Under the pieces are notes generated by a model. It was not told the DNA's origin and ran no database searches. It saw only the letters and a list, made by a program, of their open reading frames with translations. A stretch of 33,235 nucleotides of DNA from a virus. The translations under genes and the position numbers were made by a program. Shown piece after piece: positions 8,056-15,411 of the stretch (positions within the stretch are counted from its first letter, which is position 1; every line of letters begins with the position of its first letter). The DNA lies in IMG/VR virus record IMGVR_UViG_3300021399_000067, positions 1 to 33,235 of that record; one strand, given 5' to 3'.

Positions 8056-9333
8056 TTATGCGAAATGCCCGGTGATGCGTTTTTCCTCATCCTTGGCCGC
8101 CCACAATACACGGATTAAGGATGCCAACGAATCCGGGGCATCGTCATGTTCGGCATATTCGTTGTAATCCAATATCATATCCAAATAATCATCGTCCGTC
8201 CCATCAACGAACACGACATTGCGCCATTCAAATTTCAGATACGAAACAATTTTATAGTATTTGTTCGTATCTTCCCAATATGTAACAACCTTTTCGCCGC
8301 GTTTCCGCAATTCCTTGGCCATATATCCCTTATCGCCGTTGGTTTCGCACCAAATCTTGCCGATTAAGAATTGTTTACGCAGGGCGATGATTTCGTCCAT
8401 GCATTCGTCAATGTGTTTATGCCACGCTTTGCCCAAAACATAATACTTGCCTTGGGTTTTCTTCACGATGGTGTAAACGGTCCAATCCTCGCCGCCGTAT
8501 GCCGCATCAATATGGGAATATGTGGAATTCATAACCATCGCAGGATCCGCACCGATGGACGGCGAATCGAATATAACATCCTCGGAGGCAATGTGGCGTA
8601 ATTCGTAATTGGCCGCGAAAAGGGACGGCGGCAATTCCTCTTTTTTCTGTGCGATTTCCGCCTCCGACATCAACCCGGTTGAATAACAATCGTATTTTTT
8701 CGGCTCGGGCATGATGGTAAATGCATCATCCTTTTGCCATGGCGTGCCTGTGTTGTATATGCGGCCACCACGATTAAGGATGTTGTGTAACTCCAAATAT
8801 TGCATCTTGGTAAATTCACGTTCCGCCCGGGATGTCCTATCATCAACGGTTACAATATCGTCCGTGAATATCCTGTCGAAGTGTTGGCCCGTCATGGATG
8901 CTTTTATGCCGCTTGCACACAATTGGGATGTTCCCCTTGGGTCCGATGTCAAATTGGTATGGATTTCGAATGCCGAATCCGTGATGAATTTCAAATCCAC
9001 TCCCCAAATGATGCGGATAATCTGCCGCGAAATTGAATGTTTTAACATCAACGTAACTTGGCGGACAATCTCCTTGGCGTTGTTGTCCGTCTTTCTAAAA
9101 AATTTGGTCCTATCATTTGGATATAATATTATAATTAAGAATAAAGCCAACGCAACGCACGTTGTCTTGTATGAACCACGATGTGCCTGCAAGGTTGTGT
9201 CACCCTTGCCGAATACCATGTCTTTGGTCCATTCATTATTCAATGGCGTTAATTTGGTAAATCCCAAATGATGGCCTAATATGTATGGTTGTTCCTTAAC
9301 TTTCCGCAGGATCCGTGTTTGTTCCGGGGTCAT
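8056..9333 (-). CDS. terL: Terminase large subunit
   Basis: 425 aa. Walker-A-like LQAHRGSYKTT near the N-terminus and an acidic nuclease half. It overlaps terS by 38 nt. Confidence 0.85.
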   Translation of the reverse strand: MTPEQTRILRKVKEQPYILGHHLGFTKLTPLNNEWTKDMVFGKGDTTLQAHRGSYKTTCVALALFLIIILYPNDRTKFFRKTDNNAKEIVRQVTLMLKHSISRQIIRIIWGVDLKFITDSAFEIHTNLTSDPRGTSQLCASGIKASMTGQHFDRIFTDDIVTVDDRTSRAEREFTKMQYLELHNILNRGGRIYNTGTPWQKDDAFTIMPEPKKYDCYSTGLMSEAEIAQKKEELPPSLFAANYELRHIASEDVIFDSPSIGADPAMVMNSTYSHIDAAYGGEDWTVYTIVKKTQGKYYVLGKAWHKHIDECMDEIIALRKQFLIGKIWCETNGDKGYMAKELRKRGEKVVTYWEDTNKYYKIVSYLKFEWRNVVFVDGTDDDYLDMILDYNEYAEHDDAPDSLASLIRVLWAAKDEEKRITGHFA

Positions 9334-9724
9334 TTAAGAAATCCTCAATCTCATTCCTGTGGGATTCGTCAATCTCGGCAACGGTCACATCCTGTTTGTC
9401 CGTCTGCCCCAACCATTGTTTGCCCAACCATATGGCCATGCGTTCGGAACCTGCCTCCGCCATATTGAATTGGATGTGGCGCAACGCCGTTTTGCCATTT
9501 TCGGCCTTTTTATTAAGCACGGTTGCAAAATCTGTCCCATACGTTGCCTTGCACCATCGCGTAATCGTGCATTCGTCAACATCGAAGAATGCGGCAATCT
9601 CGGAACGTGTGCATTGAATTTTGCACAATTGTTCGAATTGCCTTTGGTTTATCTCCTTTTTTGGCCGCCCAACTTTCTTTTTGGTCGTTTTCGCCGTTTC
9701 TTTGGCGTTTTTCTTTCCTGCCAT
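9296..9724 (-). CDS. terS: Terminase small subunit (HTH type)
   Basis: Trimmed to the ATG at 9724 (MAGKKNAKETAKTTKKKVGRPKK...). Basic N-terminus, HTH (TRSEIAAFFDVDECTITRWC), directly upstream of terL. Confidence 0.7.
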   Translation of the reverse strand: MAGKKNAKETAKTTKKKVGRPKKEINQRQFEQLCKIQCTRSEIAAFFDVDECTITRWCKATYGTDFATVLNKKAENGKTALRHIQFNMAEAGSERMAIWLGKQWLGQTDKQDVTVAEIDESHRNEIEDFLNDPGTNTDPAES

Positions 9725-9754
9725 CTTGCCGTACCTCGCATCCATAACAGTATT

Positions 9755-9794
9755 AAAAGGGCATATCACCCACAATTGGATTTTATGCCCTTTT
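9755..9794 (-). terminator. Hairpin AAAAGGGCATA-18 nt-TATGCCCTTTT at the end of the middle operon
   Basis: 11-bp inverted repeat at 9755-9765/9784-9794 in the only gap upstream of terS; T-rich 3' side on the minus strand. Confidence 0.5.
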
Positions 9795-9809
9795 GCCTTG
9801 GTTTGTCAA
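9780..9809 (-). promoter_or_regulatory. Sigma-70-type promoter TTGACA-18-TAAAAT (late operon candidate)
   Basis: -35 at 9804-9809 and -10 at 9780-9785, about 55 nt upstream of the terS ATG. The -10 sits inside the hairpin. Confidence 0.5.
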
Positions 9810-9817
9810 AAATGGGA

Positions 9818-10201
9818 TTATTCCCACCACTTTTTCCGTTTGTTCGGTTCCTCGATGATGATTCCCCGGTATGCCATCATCTTGCGTTTAAGGATGTATT
9901 CCTTTGTTTCCATGCCCTTTACATCCTCCACATGCTCCTTGCCGTCCTTGTCGATGTAAACGAAATCTGCAACATACTTGATGGCACGAATCGTTTTGGA
10001 TCCAATCTTAAACGATGATTGCAATTCGTATGGCACTTGCATCCTCAATTGGGATATTTCGCCTTTGGCCTCCATATCGGATAATTGGATGTATCGCATC
10101 ATTTCCGCCTTGGAATCGAATTTCACGCCGTTAATTGTCGGTTTCTCGTTGCCGTATTTCCTGCGCTTGCAATCACCGCCGATGGGATACAACCATTTCA
10201 T
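9818..10201 (-). CDS. DUF1064-like protein (PD-(D/E)xK-type nuclease/resolvase-like)
   Basis: 127 aa with the pattern KYGNEK..INGVKFDSKAEMMRY...YVADFVY...VEDVKG. Confidence 0.6.
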   Translation of the reverse strand: MKWLYPIGGDCKRRKYGNEKPTINGVKFDSKAEMMRYIQLSDMEAKGEISQLRMQVPYELQSSFKIGSKTIRAIKYVADFVYIDKDGKEHVEDVKGMETKEYILKRKMMAYRGIIIEEPNKRKKWWE

Positions 10202-10476
10202 TATTTTATCTCCAAATCATATCCCCGGGACACCAACCATTCTGTTGCCTCCTTGATTTTCTCGGGATCCGCATTGACTTCGTGAATAACCATTTTCCGC
10301 AGGGCGATTTCTATTACATCATCGGATGGCAAATCCTCGGGAGGAACGGCATACACGCCACGCCTGTGCCATTTCGCATAAAATTCACGGAATGCCGCAA
10401 CATCGAATGTCTGCGTTACGGCATTACGCTCCTTTACCCATAATGCCAAATTGTCCTTGTTGCTTAAGATTCCCAC
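10201..10476 (-). CDS. Hypothetical protein (91 aa)
   Basis: GTG start preceded by AAGGAGGG; stop overlaps the next start (TAATG). Confidence 0.5.
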   Translation of the reverse strand: MGILSNKDNLALWVKERNAVTQTFDVAAFREFYAKWHRRGVYAVPPEDLPSDDVIEIALRKMVIHEVNADPEKIKEATEWLVSRGYDLEIK

Positions 10477-10982
10477 GGCAATTCCCTCCTTATCAATTCG
10501 AATATATCCATATTATGGTATCTGCCCGATTCGTCACGGAATACATCCGTTAATTCGAAATCGTTGATTTTATATTTATCCGACATGCGGTCAACGATGT
10601 TCCTATACTTGAAATACGCGGGATTGTCCCCAACGCATCGGAATTCTATTCGGTGCAAATCCATCGTCATTAAATGGTGGATTGCATCAAGGATGCCCCA
10701 TGCCATCCATATTGTGTCCGCAGGATCCGGGGAAAACTTAATCAATCCGAACGAATACGCCGTGTGGGCGTGATGGTCCACATCATATGCGATGTATCCA
10801 ACCAAACGGCCTGCCCTGTCAACGATTGCCCATTGATAACGGCCGCCACCGTCCCAATCATCTGTTATTTGGATCCGTCCGTGTTCGTTGCATCCGTTGT
10901 AAAACATCATGTTCGTGGAATACCGCAGGATGTCGGACCATTCCGTTATTTCTTTTTGATACTTAATCGCAGGAATCAACAT
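10464..10982 (-). CDS. GNAT-like N-acetyltransferase (tentative)
   Basis: 172 aa. The pattern ...LVGYIAY...LHRIEFRCVGDNPAYFKYRNIV... resembles RimJ/RimL-type acetyltransferase cores. Called by eye only. Confidence 0.45.
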   Translation of the reverse strand: MLIPAIKYQKEITEWSDILRYSTNMMFYNGCNEHGRIQITDDWDGGGRYQWAIVDRAGRLVGYIAYDVDHHAHTAYSFGLIKFSPDPADTIWMAWGILDAIHHLMTMDLHRIEFRCVGDNPAYFKYRNIVDRMSDKYKINDFELTDVFRDESGRYHNMDIFELIRRELPWES

Positions 10983-10983
10983 A

Positions 10984-11073
10984 TTATTTCATCCTCCCGG
11001 GCTTATCCTTGTTGATGAACGATATTATTACGCAGGATGCGCAAATAATCGCCGTGATTATGATTGCTTTCAT
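10984..11073 (-). CDS. Possible 29-aa hydrophobic peptide (MKAIIITAIICASCVIISFINKDKPGRMK)
   Basis: ATGA overlap with the upstream stop; ends 1 nt before the next ATG; not in the ORF track. Confidence 0.3.
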   Translation of the reverse strand: MKAIIITAIICASCVIISFINKDKPGRMK

Positions 11074-11456
11074 TCGTTGTCACCGCCTTTCTTATATGGT
11101 TCGGGTAACGGCATCCATGCCACAACATCCCCTTTATCCTCGTATCCATCAAAATAATAGCCATAATCGGTATAAAATGCCGTGATTACGATTCCCCATG
11201 GTGTAGAAATAAGCACCTCTTGGCCATCATCGGGCAAAGAACAATCAAACATCTCTATATCGCCATAATCTTTTCCGTATTCTTCCACAATCTCGTTTTT
11301 TTCTTCTTCGGTCATAGGTCTATATTTAATCGGGATCCACTCGCCTGTCGGTGCATTGTCGATTTCTTCTTCTATGATTTCTGTTATCCGAGAATCATCT
11401 TCTGACAATCTGTTAATCAAAGCCTTTTTCAAAGCATCTAAATCACCTAATCTCAT
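11070..11456 (-). CDS. DUF551-like protein
   Basis: Trimmed to the ATG at 11456 (ATGA overlap). The C-terminal ...VVAWMPLPEPYK is the DUF551 hallmark. Confidence 0.6.
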   Translation of the reverse strand: MRLGDLDALKKALINRLSEDDSRITEIIEEEIDNAPTGEWIPIKYRPMTEEEKNEIVEEYGKDYGDIEMFDCSLPDDGQEVLISTPWGIVITAFYTDYGYYFDGYEDKGDVVAWMPLPEPYKKGGDNE

Positions 11457-11656
11457 TCCTCCGCCTCCTTTTCCTCGTCTGCCTTGAATTTGAATGCATC
11501 CATCCACAATCCGAACGATTCCATACAATCAATGCACAAATCCTTGGTGTCAATGGGGATAAATGCGCCAATCCTTTTATCGCCAATTCCAACGGACATA
11601 TGCATTGGATCCGCACGGAAAATCTTTCCGCATCTGTCACATATTACCGCATCCAT
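11453..11656 (-). CDS. Small zinc-ribbon protein (67 aa)
   Basis: Trimmed to the ATG at 11656, preceded by GGGAGGATTGACA; CDRC ... CIDC motifs. Confidence 0.5.
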   Translation of the reverse strand: MDAVICDRCGKIFRADPMHMSVGIGDKRIGAFIPIDTKDLCIDCMESFGLWMDAFKFKADEEKEAEE

Positions 11657-11658
11657 TG

Positions 11659-12018
11659 TCAATCCTCCCGGTTGTTTTGGATCCATGTTTCGCACCATTC
11701 CACAAACGTGGCGTGTGATAATGGCAACGCGCATGTATAATGTCCCATCGCCTCGATTGTTCCGTTCGTTTCCTTGAAGATGGAAATCGTGTAAATCCCC
11801 GCTTGCTCATGGTATCCAAACGAATATCCGCAGGACTCGTATGTGTCCGCGTGGGCCTCCAATCCTGCCAACCTTTCCTCATCCCTGTGGTTCATTCCAT
11901 CTTCGTGTCCTGTGGCATATCCATCTTCGTATCCTGTGGCATATCCATACTCGCGGCCGCGTTCCCACGCCTGCTCCAACAATTTGTCCTTGTATTTCTC
12001 CAATGCTCGATTATTCAT
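11659..12018 (-). CDS. Hypothetical protein with internal GYATG(Y/H)EDG tandem repeat
   Basis: 119 aa; RBS GGAGGCAAACAATG; about 24-nt tandem DNA repeat around 11896-11945. Confidence 0.55.
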   Translation of the reverse strand: MNNRALEKYKDKLLEQAWERGREYGYATGYEDGYATGHEDGMNHRDEERLAGLEAHADTYESCGYSFGYHEQAGIYTISIFKETNGTIEAMGHYTCALPLSHATFVEWCETWIQNNRED

Positions 12019-12042
12019 TGTTTGCCTCCAATCTGTTATAAT
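12014..12042 (+). promoter_or_regulatory. Plus-strand extended -10 promoter TGTTATAAT (weak -35 TTCATT) for the tRNA
   Basis: TATAAT at 12037-12042 with TG at 12034-12035. The seventh base downstream is 12049, the first base of the tRNA. Confidence 0.45.
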
Positions 12043-12048
12043 CTGTGT

Positions 12049-12122
12049 AGCGCATTAGTGTAATGGCAACACAACGGTTTTTGGGTCCGTTATTATGGGT
12101 TCGAATCCCATATGCGCCGCCA
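12049..12122 (+). tRNA. tRNA, anticodon UUG (Gln-type), 74 nt with encoded CCA
   Basis: Hand-folded cloverleaf. Acceptor AGCGCAT/ATGCGCC (A1-C72 mismatch). D arm GTGT-AATGGCA-ACAC. Anticodon arm ACGGT-TTTTGGG-TCCGT (U31-U39 mismatch). Variable region TATT. T arm ATGGG-TTCGAAT-CCCAT. Discriminator G, then CCA. Confidence 0.75.
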
Positions 12123-12293
12123 TCATATCTCCACAATGTCCGCTTGAACCTCCGTGTATCCCTTTTCAACCAAATCGGAACACACATCGCACGCCGCGCG
12201 GTCACATGCATTATAATCTGAAAATATATTGCACCCCTTAATAATATGCAATCTTCCGTTGTGGTCCCTATATTCACATTCGTATTTATACAT
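12123..12293 (-). CDS. Small Cys-rich hypothetical protein (56 aa, MYKYECEYRDHNGRLHIIKGCNIFSDYNACDRAACDVCSDLVEKGY...)
   Basis: GGAGGAATGACC precedes the ATG. The stop TGA abuts the 3' end of the opposite-strand tRNA. Not in the ORF track. Confidence 0.45.
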   Translation of the reverse strand: MYKYECEYRDHNGRLHIIKGCNIFSDYNACDRAACDVCSDLVEKGYTEVQADIVEI

Positions 12294-12295
12294 GG

Positions 12296-12436
12296 TCATT
12301 CCTCCATTTCGTCCTCTATTTCGTCCTCTATTTCGTCCTCTTCGGGTTCCTCGAAATAATCCCCGTAAATGTCCTCATTCTCGCCCCACGGATACATCGG
12401 TCTATCCGGGAAATTATCACAAATCAAATCAAGCAT
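12296..12436 (-). CDS. Very acidic 46-aa protein (MLDLICDNFPDRPMYPWGENEDIYGDYFEEPEEDEIEDEIEDEMEE)
   Basis: GGAGGATGTTGAAA precedes the ATG, which overlaps the upstream stop. The C-terminus is encoded by a 12-nt x3 tandem repeat at about 12307-12342. Confidence 0.45.
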   Translation of the reverse strand: MLDLICDNFPDRPMYPWGENEDIYGDYFEEPEEDEIEDEIEDEMEE

Positions 12437-12674
12437 TTTCAACATCCTCCTTTAATTCAACATCACCGAAATGGTACACGCCAATGGATACCTTGGATCC
12501 ATCCATGTTCGTTACCGTCCTGCGTGTGCAAACGATGTCATATCCTGCCTTTTTCAAATCGAAGATAATTGCGGACAACCGCAGGATCCCCATGCGCATT
12601 GCCTGCATTGATGTGATGGATCCGTAGGATTCCATGAAATCCAAAACCCTGTCATACTGTGTTAACCTTGCCAT
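12429..12674 (-). CDS. Winged-helix / HTH DNA-binding protein
   Basis: 81 aa; GSITSMQAMRMGILRLSAIIFDLKKAGYDI resembles small phage HTH proteins. Confidence 0.5.
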   Translation of the reverse strand: MARLTQYDRVLDFMESYGSITSMQAMRMGILRLSAIIFDLKKAGYDIVCTRRTVTNMDGSKVSIGVYHFGDVELKEDVENA

Positions 12675-12688
12675 TGTTGTATGCCTCC

Positions 12689-12877
12689 TTACAAATTTTC
12701 GTAATTGATGATTGATATGATGGCCAAATTATCAAGACCCGTCATGTTGCGGATTCCGTCTTGTATCTCGGCGATGGTTTCGAAATCCTTTAAATCCATC
12801 ACCACATCCCGGTTGCCAACGAACATTTGCCCGTCCGCATCGGTCCCCATGAATGCCACAAAATACTTTTTTGCCAT
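12689..12877 (-). CDS. Hypothetical protein (62 aa)
   Basis: RBS AAAGGAGGCATATAATG; compact ORF. Confidence 0.5.
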   Translation of the reverse strand: MAKKYFVAFMGTDADGQMFVGNRDVVMDLKDFETIAEIQDGIRNMTGLDNLAIISIINYENL

Positions 12878-12899
12878 TATATGCCTCCTTTCTGTCTAT

Positions 12900-13463
12900 T
12901 TATGGGACGGTTACGAAATAATTGCCGCCGTAATATCCATATGCCGTGCCGTAATTGTAACCGCTATTGTTGAAGTACAGGACGTGCGGCGCATCCCCTG
13001 CCTGCCATTCCTCGTATGCCTCAATCACGGCCGCATCTGATATGTTTGTTCTATCGGCCACCACGGATCCATTGGATACAACCTCAAATTGCCCCGATTG
13101 ATTGCAAACGCCTGTGATTGTGTCCGGGAACGAATCGGATTCGTATGCCCTGTTGATAATAACCTCCGCAATCAATATCCTGCCTTGGTATGAATCCGCA
13201 TCGGATCCCCTGTCCGATTCTGCCTCCACCACGGAGGAAATCAAGATAAATTCTTCGGTTGTCATGCCGATGGATGCCGCCTTTGCCTCAATTGGTGCCT
13301 CGTATCGTTCTAATTCTGATAATCCGTTCCACCATACGAGGAACGCCACCAACGGGATTGTAATTGCCTTAATCATCATCGTTAGGGGATTCCTGCGGTT
13401 CCTGCGTATCGGGTACATAATGGGGACACGCATTTTTCGCGCAATCTTTGCATTCAAATTCAC
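12900..13463 (-). CDS. Membrane-anchored SleB-like cell wall hydrolase (Hydrolase_2 family)
   Basis: Basic N-terminus plus TM segment (IKAITIPLVAFLVWW). Catalytic-domain pattern ...EAESDRG...LIAEVIINRAYESDSFPDTITGVCNQSGQFEVV.... The GTG start is uncertain; internal ATGs are possible. Confidence 0.7.
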   Translation of the reverse strand: MNLNAKIARKMRVPIMYPIRRNRRNPLTMMIKAITIPLVAFLVWWNGLSELERYEAPIEAKAASIGMTTEEFILISSVVEAESDRGSDADSYQGRILIAEVIINRAYESDSFPDTITGVCNQSGQFEVVSNGSVVADRTNISDAAVIEAYEEWQAGDAPHVLYFNNSGYNYGTAYGYYGGNYFVTVP

Positions 13464-13744
13464 ACATTGCCGTTACCTCCGTTGGGGAAATCAACATCGT
13501 AATATTCCCGGACCACTCCAACATCGTGGAATTGCCTTTGGGGTTCGTTGTTGCGGATTTGCTTGTTGTTCATCATGCGCAGGATGGTTGCGCCTCTTGT
13601 CTTGATTTCCTTTTCACAATCGGCAACCAAATCTTCGTACATGCCCACAATCTCGCGAATGTCCTTGATGTACTCGAAGTATGCCGCGGCAATCCCTGCC
13701 GCCATTCCTGCCAAAAAACCTAAAATGATAAATAATGCTGTCAT
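13460..13744 (-). CDS. Membrane protein (N-terminal TM, 94 aa)
   Basis: MTALFIILGFLAGMAAGIAAAYF... TM helix; RBS AAGGAGGCATACAATG. Confidence 0.55.
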   Translation of the reverse strand: MTALFIILGFLAGMAAGIAAAYFEYIKDIREIVGMYEDLVADCEKEIKTRGATILRMMNNKQIRNNEPQRQFHDVGVVREYYDVDFPNGGNGNV

Positions 13745-13759
13745 TGTATGCCTCCTTGT

Positions 13760-13936
13760 TTACTTTCTTTTCCTTGCGATGTTCGCCCGAATTAATGCCT
13801 TTACCGCCGCCGTGGCGGATGCCTGCGAATTCAACCATTCGATTATATCCGCATCCTTATCCGGGACCATTCGCATGGACCATTGCTTTGTTTTCGCGGA
13901 ATACTTAGCCGCCGCCCTTTTCTGTGCCTCTGTCAT
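13760..13936 (-). CDS. Small ribbon-helix-helix-like DNA-binding protein (58 aa)
   Basis: Trimmed to the ATG at 13936 (RBS AAAGGAGGCAACACAATG). MTEAQKRAAAKYSAKT...DADIIEWLN...AVKALIRANI resembles Arc/CopG-type proteins. Confidence 0.5.
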   Translation of the reverse strand: MTEAQKRAAAKYSAKTKQWSMRMVPDKDADIIEWLNSQASATAAVKALIRANIARKRK

Positions 13937-13961
13937 TGTGTTGCCTCCTTTCGTCTTTATC

Positions 13962-13974
13962 AGTATAGCATATA
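13962..13974 (-). promoter_or_regulatory. Extended -10 promoter core TATATGCTATACT (copy 1 of 2)
   Basis: The 13-mer is identical to 23127-23139. It lies about 25 nt upstream of the RHH gene ATG. Confidence 0.45.
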
Positions 13975-14125
13975 TTTTCAAAAAGTAAAACAAATAATTC
14001 CTTTTCCAAACGGTTACGATATTGTGTCCATCGGTCCCGTGTTTCCTGCGATGGTGTGCCTCGGATGATAACGGATGCCCTTTCGATTTCTTCCCGGTAT
14101 TCTGTTTCCGTTTGGAATCTGAGGT

Positions 14126-14458
14126 TTATTCCCCGAAAATACATGATGTCTTGTCGCAATCGTCTTTATAAGGGCATACCGTGCAACCGGGAATTGATAC
14201 ATGTTCCGAAGATGGCAACGCCGTGTTGGATCCATACAGATGCTTGGCCTTGCCTGCGGCCATTATCAATTCCGCAGGCTTGGGAAACCATTTATTTGTT
14301 GCCATGTGGGACCGTGCCGCCTTGTATATGGATTCTGCCTCGTATTCGGCAAATATCATTTGCCACATGCTCAACATTTCCGCAGGATCCTCGATTCGTG
14401 TGTTGGGATACGCCGCCACCAATGCTTTTATCAACGAAATTGTTTCCGCCCGTGTCAC
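14126..14458 (-). CDS. G39P-like helicase loader (tentative)
   Basis: 110 aa directly after the replisome organiser. The pattern ...LIKALVAAYPN...W...F...KWFPKPAELI resembles the loader-and-inhibitor-of-G40P family. Confidence 0.5.
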   Translation of the reverse strand: MTRAETISLIKALVAAYPNTRIEDPAEMLSMWQMIFAEYEAESIYKAARSHMATNKWFPKPAELIMAAGKAKHLYGSNTALPSSEHVSIPGCTVCPYKDDCDKTSCIFGE

Positions 14459-15243
14459 GCCTTTTTTGCCTCCTTTGCCAATTCTTCGGCTAACATATCA
14501 TCCAATATGTCCATTGTGGATTTCTTCGGCACCTGTGGCGGAATCTTGCCACCTCGGAATCCAACATCATGCACCGGGAATATGCCACGATATGAATTCA
14601 TAATGGATTGATTGATGCATTCCATCATCTGCGCAGGATCCCCATTGCCGTTCTTGAATGCATCGTTGATGGCCAATTTCAAACCGCGTTCGGTTGTGAT
14701 GGGATGTTTCGTGTTTTTCCTCATTTCGAAGAAATCAATAAACGCCTGCCTCAAATCGGGATTGTTCTTGATAATCTCCACGGAATCCAAAACGGAATCA
14801 ACATCCAATTTCGCCTTGGTCCCCTTATTAGATAAACCATTATTTGGTTTTATATTTGGTTTTATATATGGTATTGGTTCCGCATTTTCCACAAATCCAT
14901 TTTTATTTTCTGCCAAATCCATTTCGGAATTTTCGGAAATGCAACCAACCGATTTTACATCGGCATACCATTTCGTGCGGTCATATGACGAATTGTTATA
15001 ATTCCCTGTTTTTATATACCCGGATTCCTCCAATTTCTTAAGGGCATATGTTATTTGGTCCTTGGTCAAATACGGGAATTGGTCACAAAATGCCTTGATA
15101 CTGTTGTATGTCCAATATTCCCCATCGTGAAAATGAACATCGTTCGTGCGGTTTTTCTCGCACCAAAATTGGATGTTCTTATACAGAATAGCCGCAATAA
15201 CGCCAACATCCTGCGCAACCTCGGTGTCAAATGAATTAATCAT
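14455..15243 (-). CDS. Replication initiator / replisome organiser (wHTH N-domain, DnaD-like C-domain)
   Basis: 262 aa. N-terminus ...AAILYKNIQFWCEKN...EYWTYNSIKAFCDQFPYLTKDQITYALKKLEESGYI...DRTKWYA is typical of Firmicutes phage/plasmid initiators. Confidence 0.65.
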   Translation of the reverse strand: MINSFDTEVAQDVGVIAAILYKNIQFWCEKNRTNDVHFHDGEYWTYNSIKAFCDQFPYLTKDQITYALKKLEESGYIKTGNYNNSSYDRTKWYADVKSVGCISENSEMDLAENKNGFVENAEPIPYIKPNIKPNNGLSNKGTKAKLDVDSVLDSVEIIKNNPDLRQAFIDFFEMRKNTKHPITTERGLKLAINDAFKNGNGDPAQMMECINQSIMNSYRGIFPVHDVGFRGGKIPPQVPKKSTMDILDDMLAEELAKEAKKA

Positions 15244-15262
15244 GTGTCGGGATCCTCCTTGA

Positions 15263-15300
15263 AGAAATTAAAACCCCGGGATGTGGCACGTTCCCGGGGT
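15263..15300 (-). terminator. Intrinsic terminator ACCCCGGGA-10 nt-TCCCGGGGT followed by TTTTAATTT
   Basis: 9-bp GC-rich stem at 15273-15281/15292-15300 plus a U tract, only about 20 nt upstream of the organiser RBS. Confidence 0.65.
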
Positions 15301-15382
15301 TGCGGTTGTTAACGATGGATTGTTGATGTGCCACCGTCAACAACCAAAATAAAGGCATACAATGTAAAAGCATTGTAATACG

Positions 15383-15411
15383 ATTATATGCCCACCCTGC
15401 GGAAAATTCAA
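15383..15411 (-). promoter_or_regulatory. Near-consensus promoter TTGAAT-17-TATAAT followed by the conserved box CGTATTACA
   Basis: -35 at 15406-15411 and -10 at 15383-15388, immediately after the stop of the upstream gene. Confidence 0.6.

Noticed and set aside
12049-12122. Suppressor tRNA / stop-codon reassignment
   Set aside because: The anticodon reads UUG (sense codon CAA/CAG), not CUA/UUA/UCA. Genes terminate normally at TAA, TGA and TAG, with no in-frame stops in conserved genes.
12011-12277. 88-aa minus-strand ORF from the track
   Set aside because: It runs straight through the opposite-strand tRNA and has no RBS. A different frame gives a 56-aa ORF (12123..12293) with a proper GGAGG site, ending exactly at the tRNA boundary.
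13905-14159. 84-aa minus-strand ORF in the gap between the loader-like gene and the RHH gene
   Set aside because: It has no Shine-Dalgarno site. Its 3' part overlaps the TATATGCTATACT promoter and the RBS and start of the RHH gene in another frame. A short coupled peptide from the ATG at 14144 cannot be excluded, but I do not call it.
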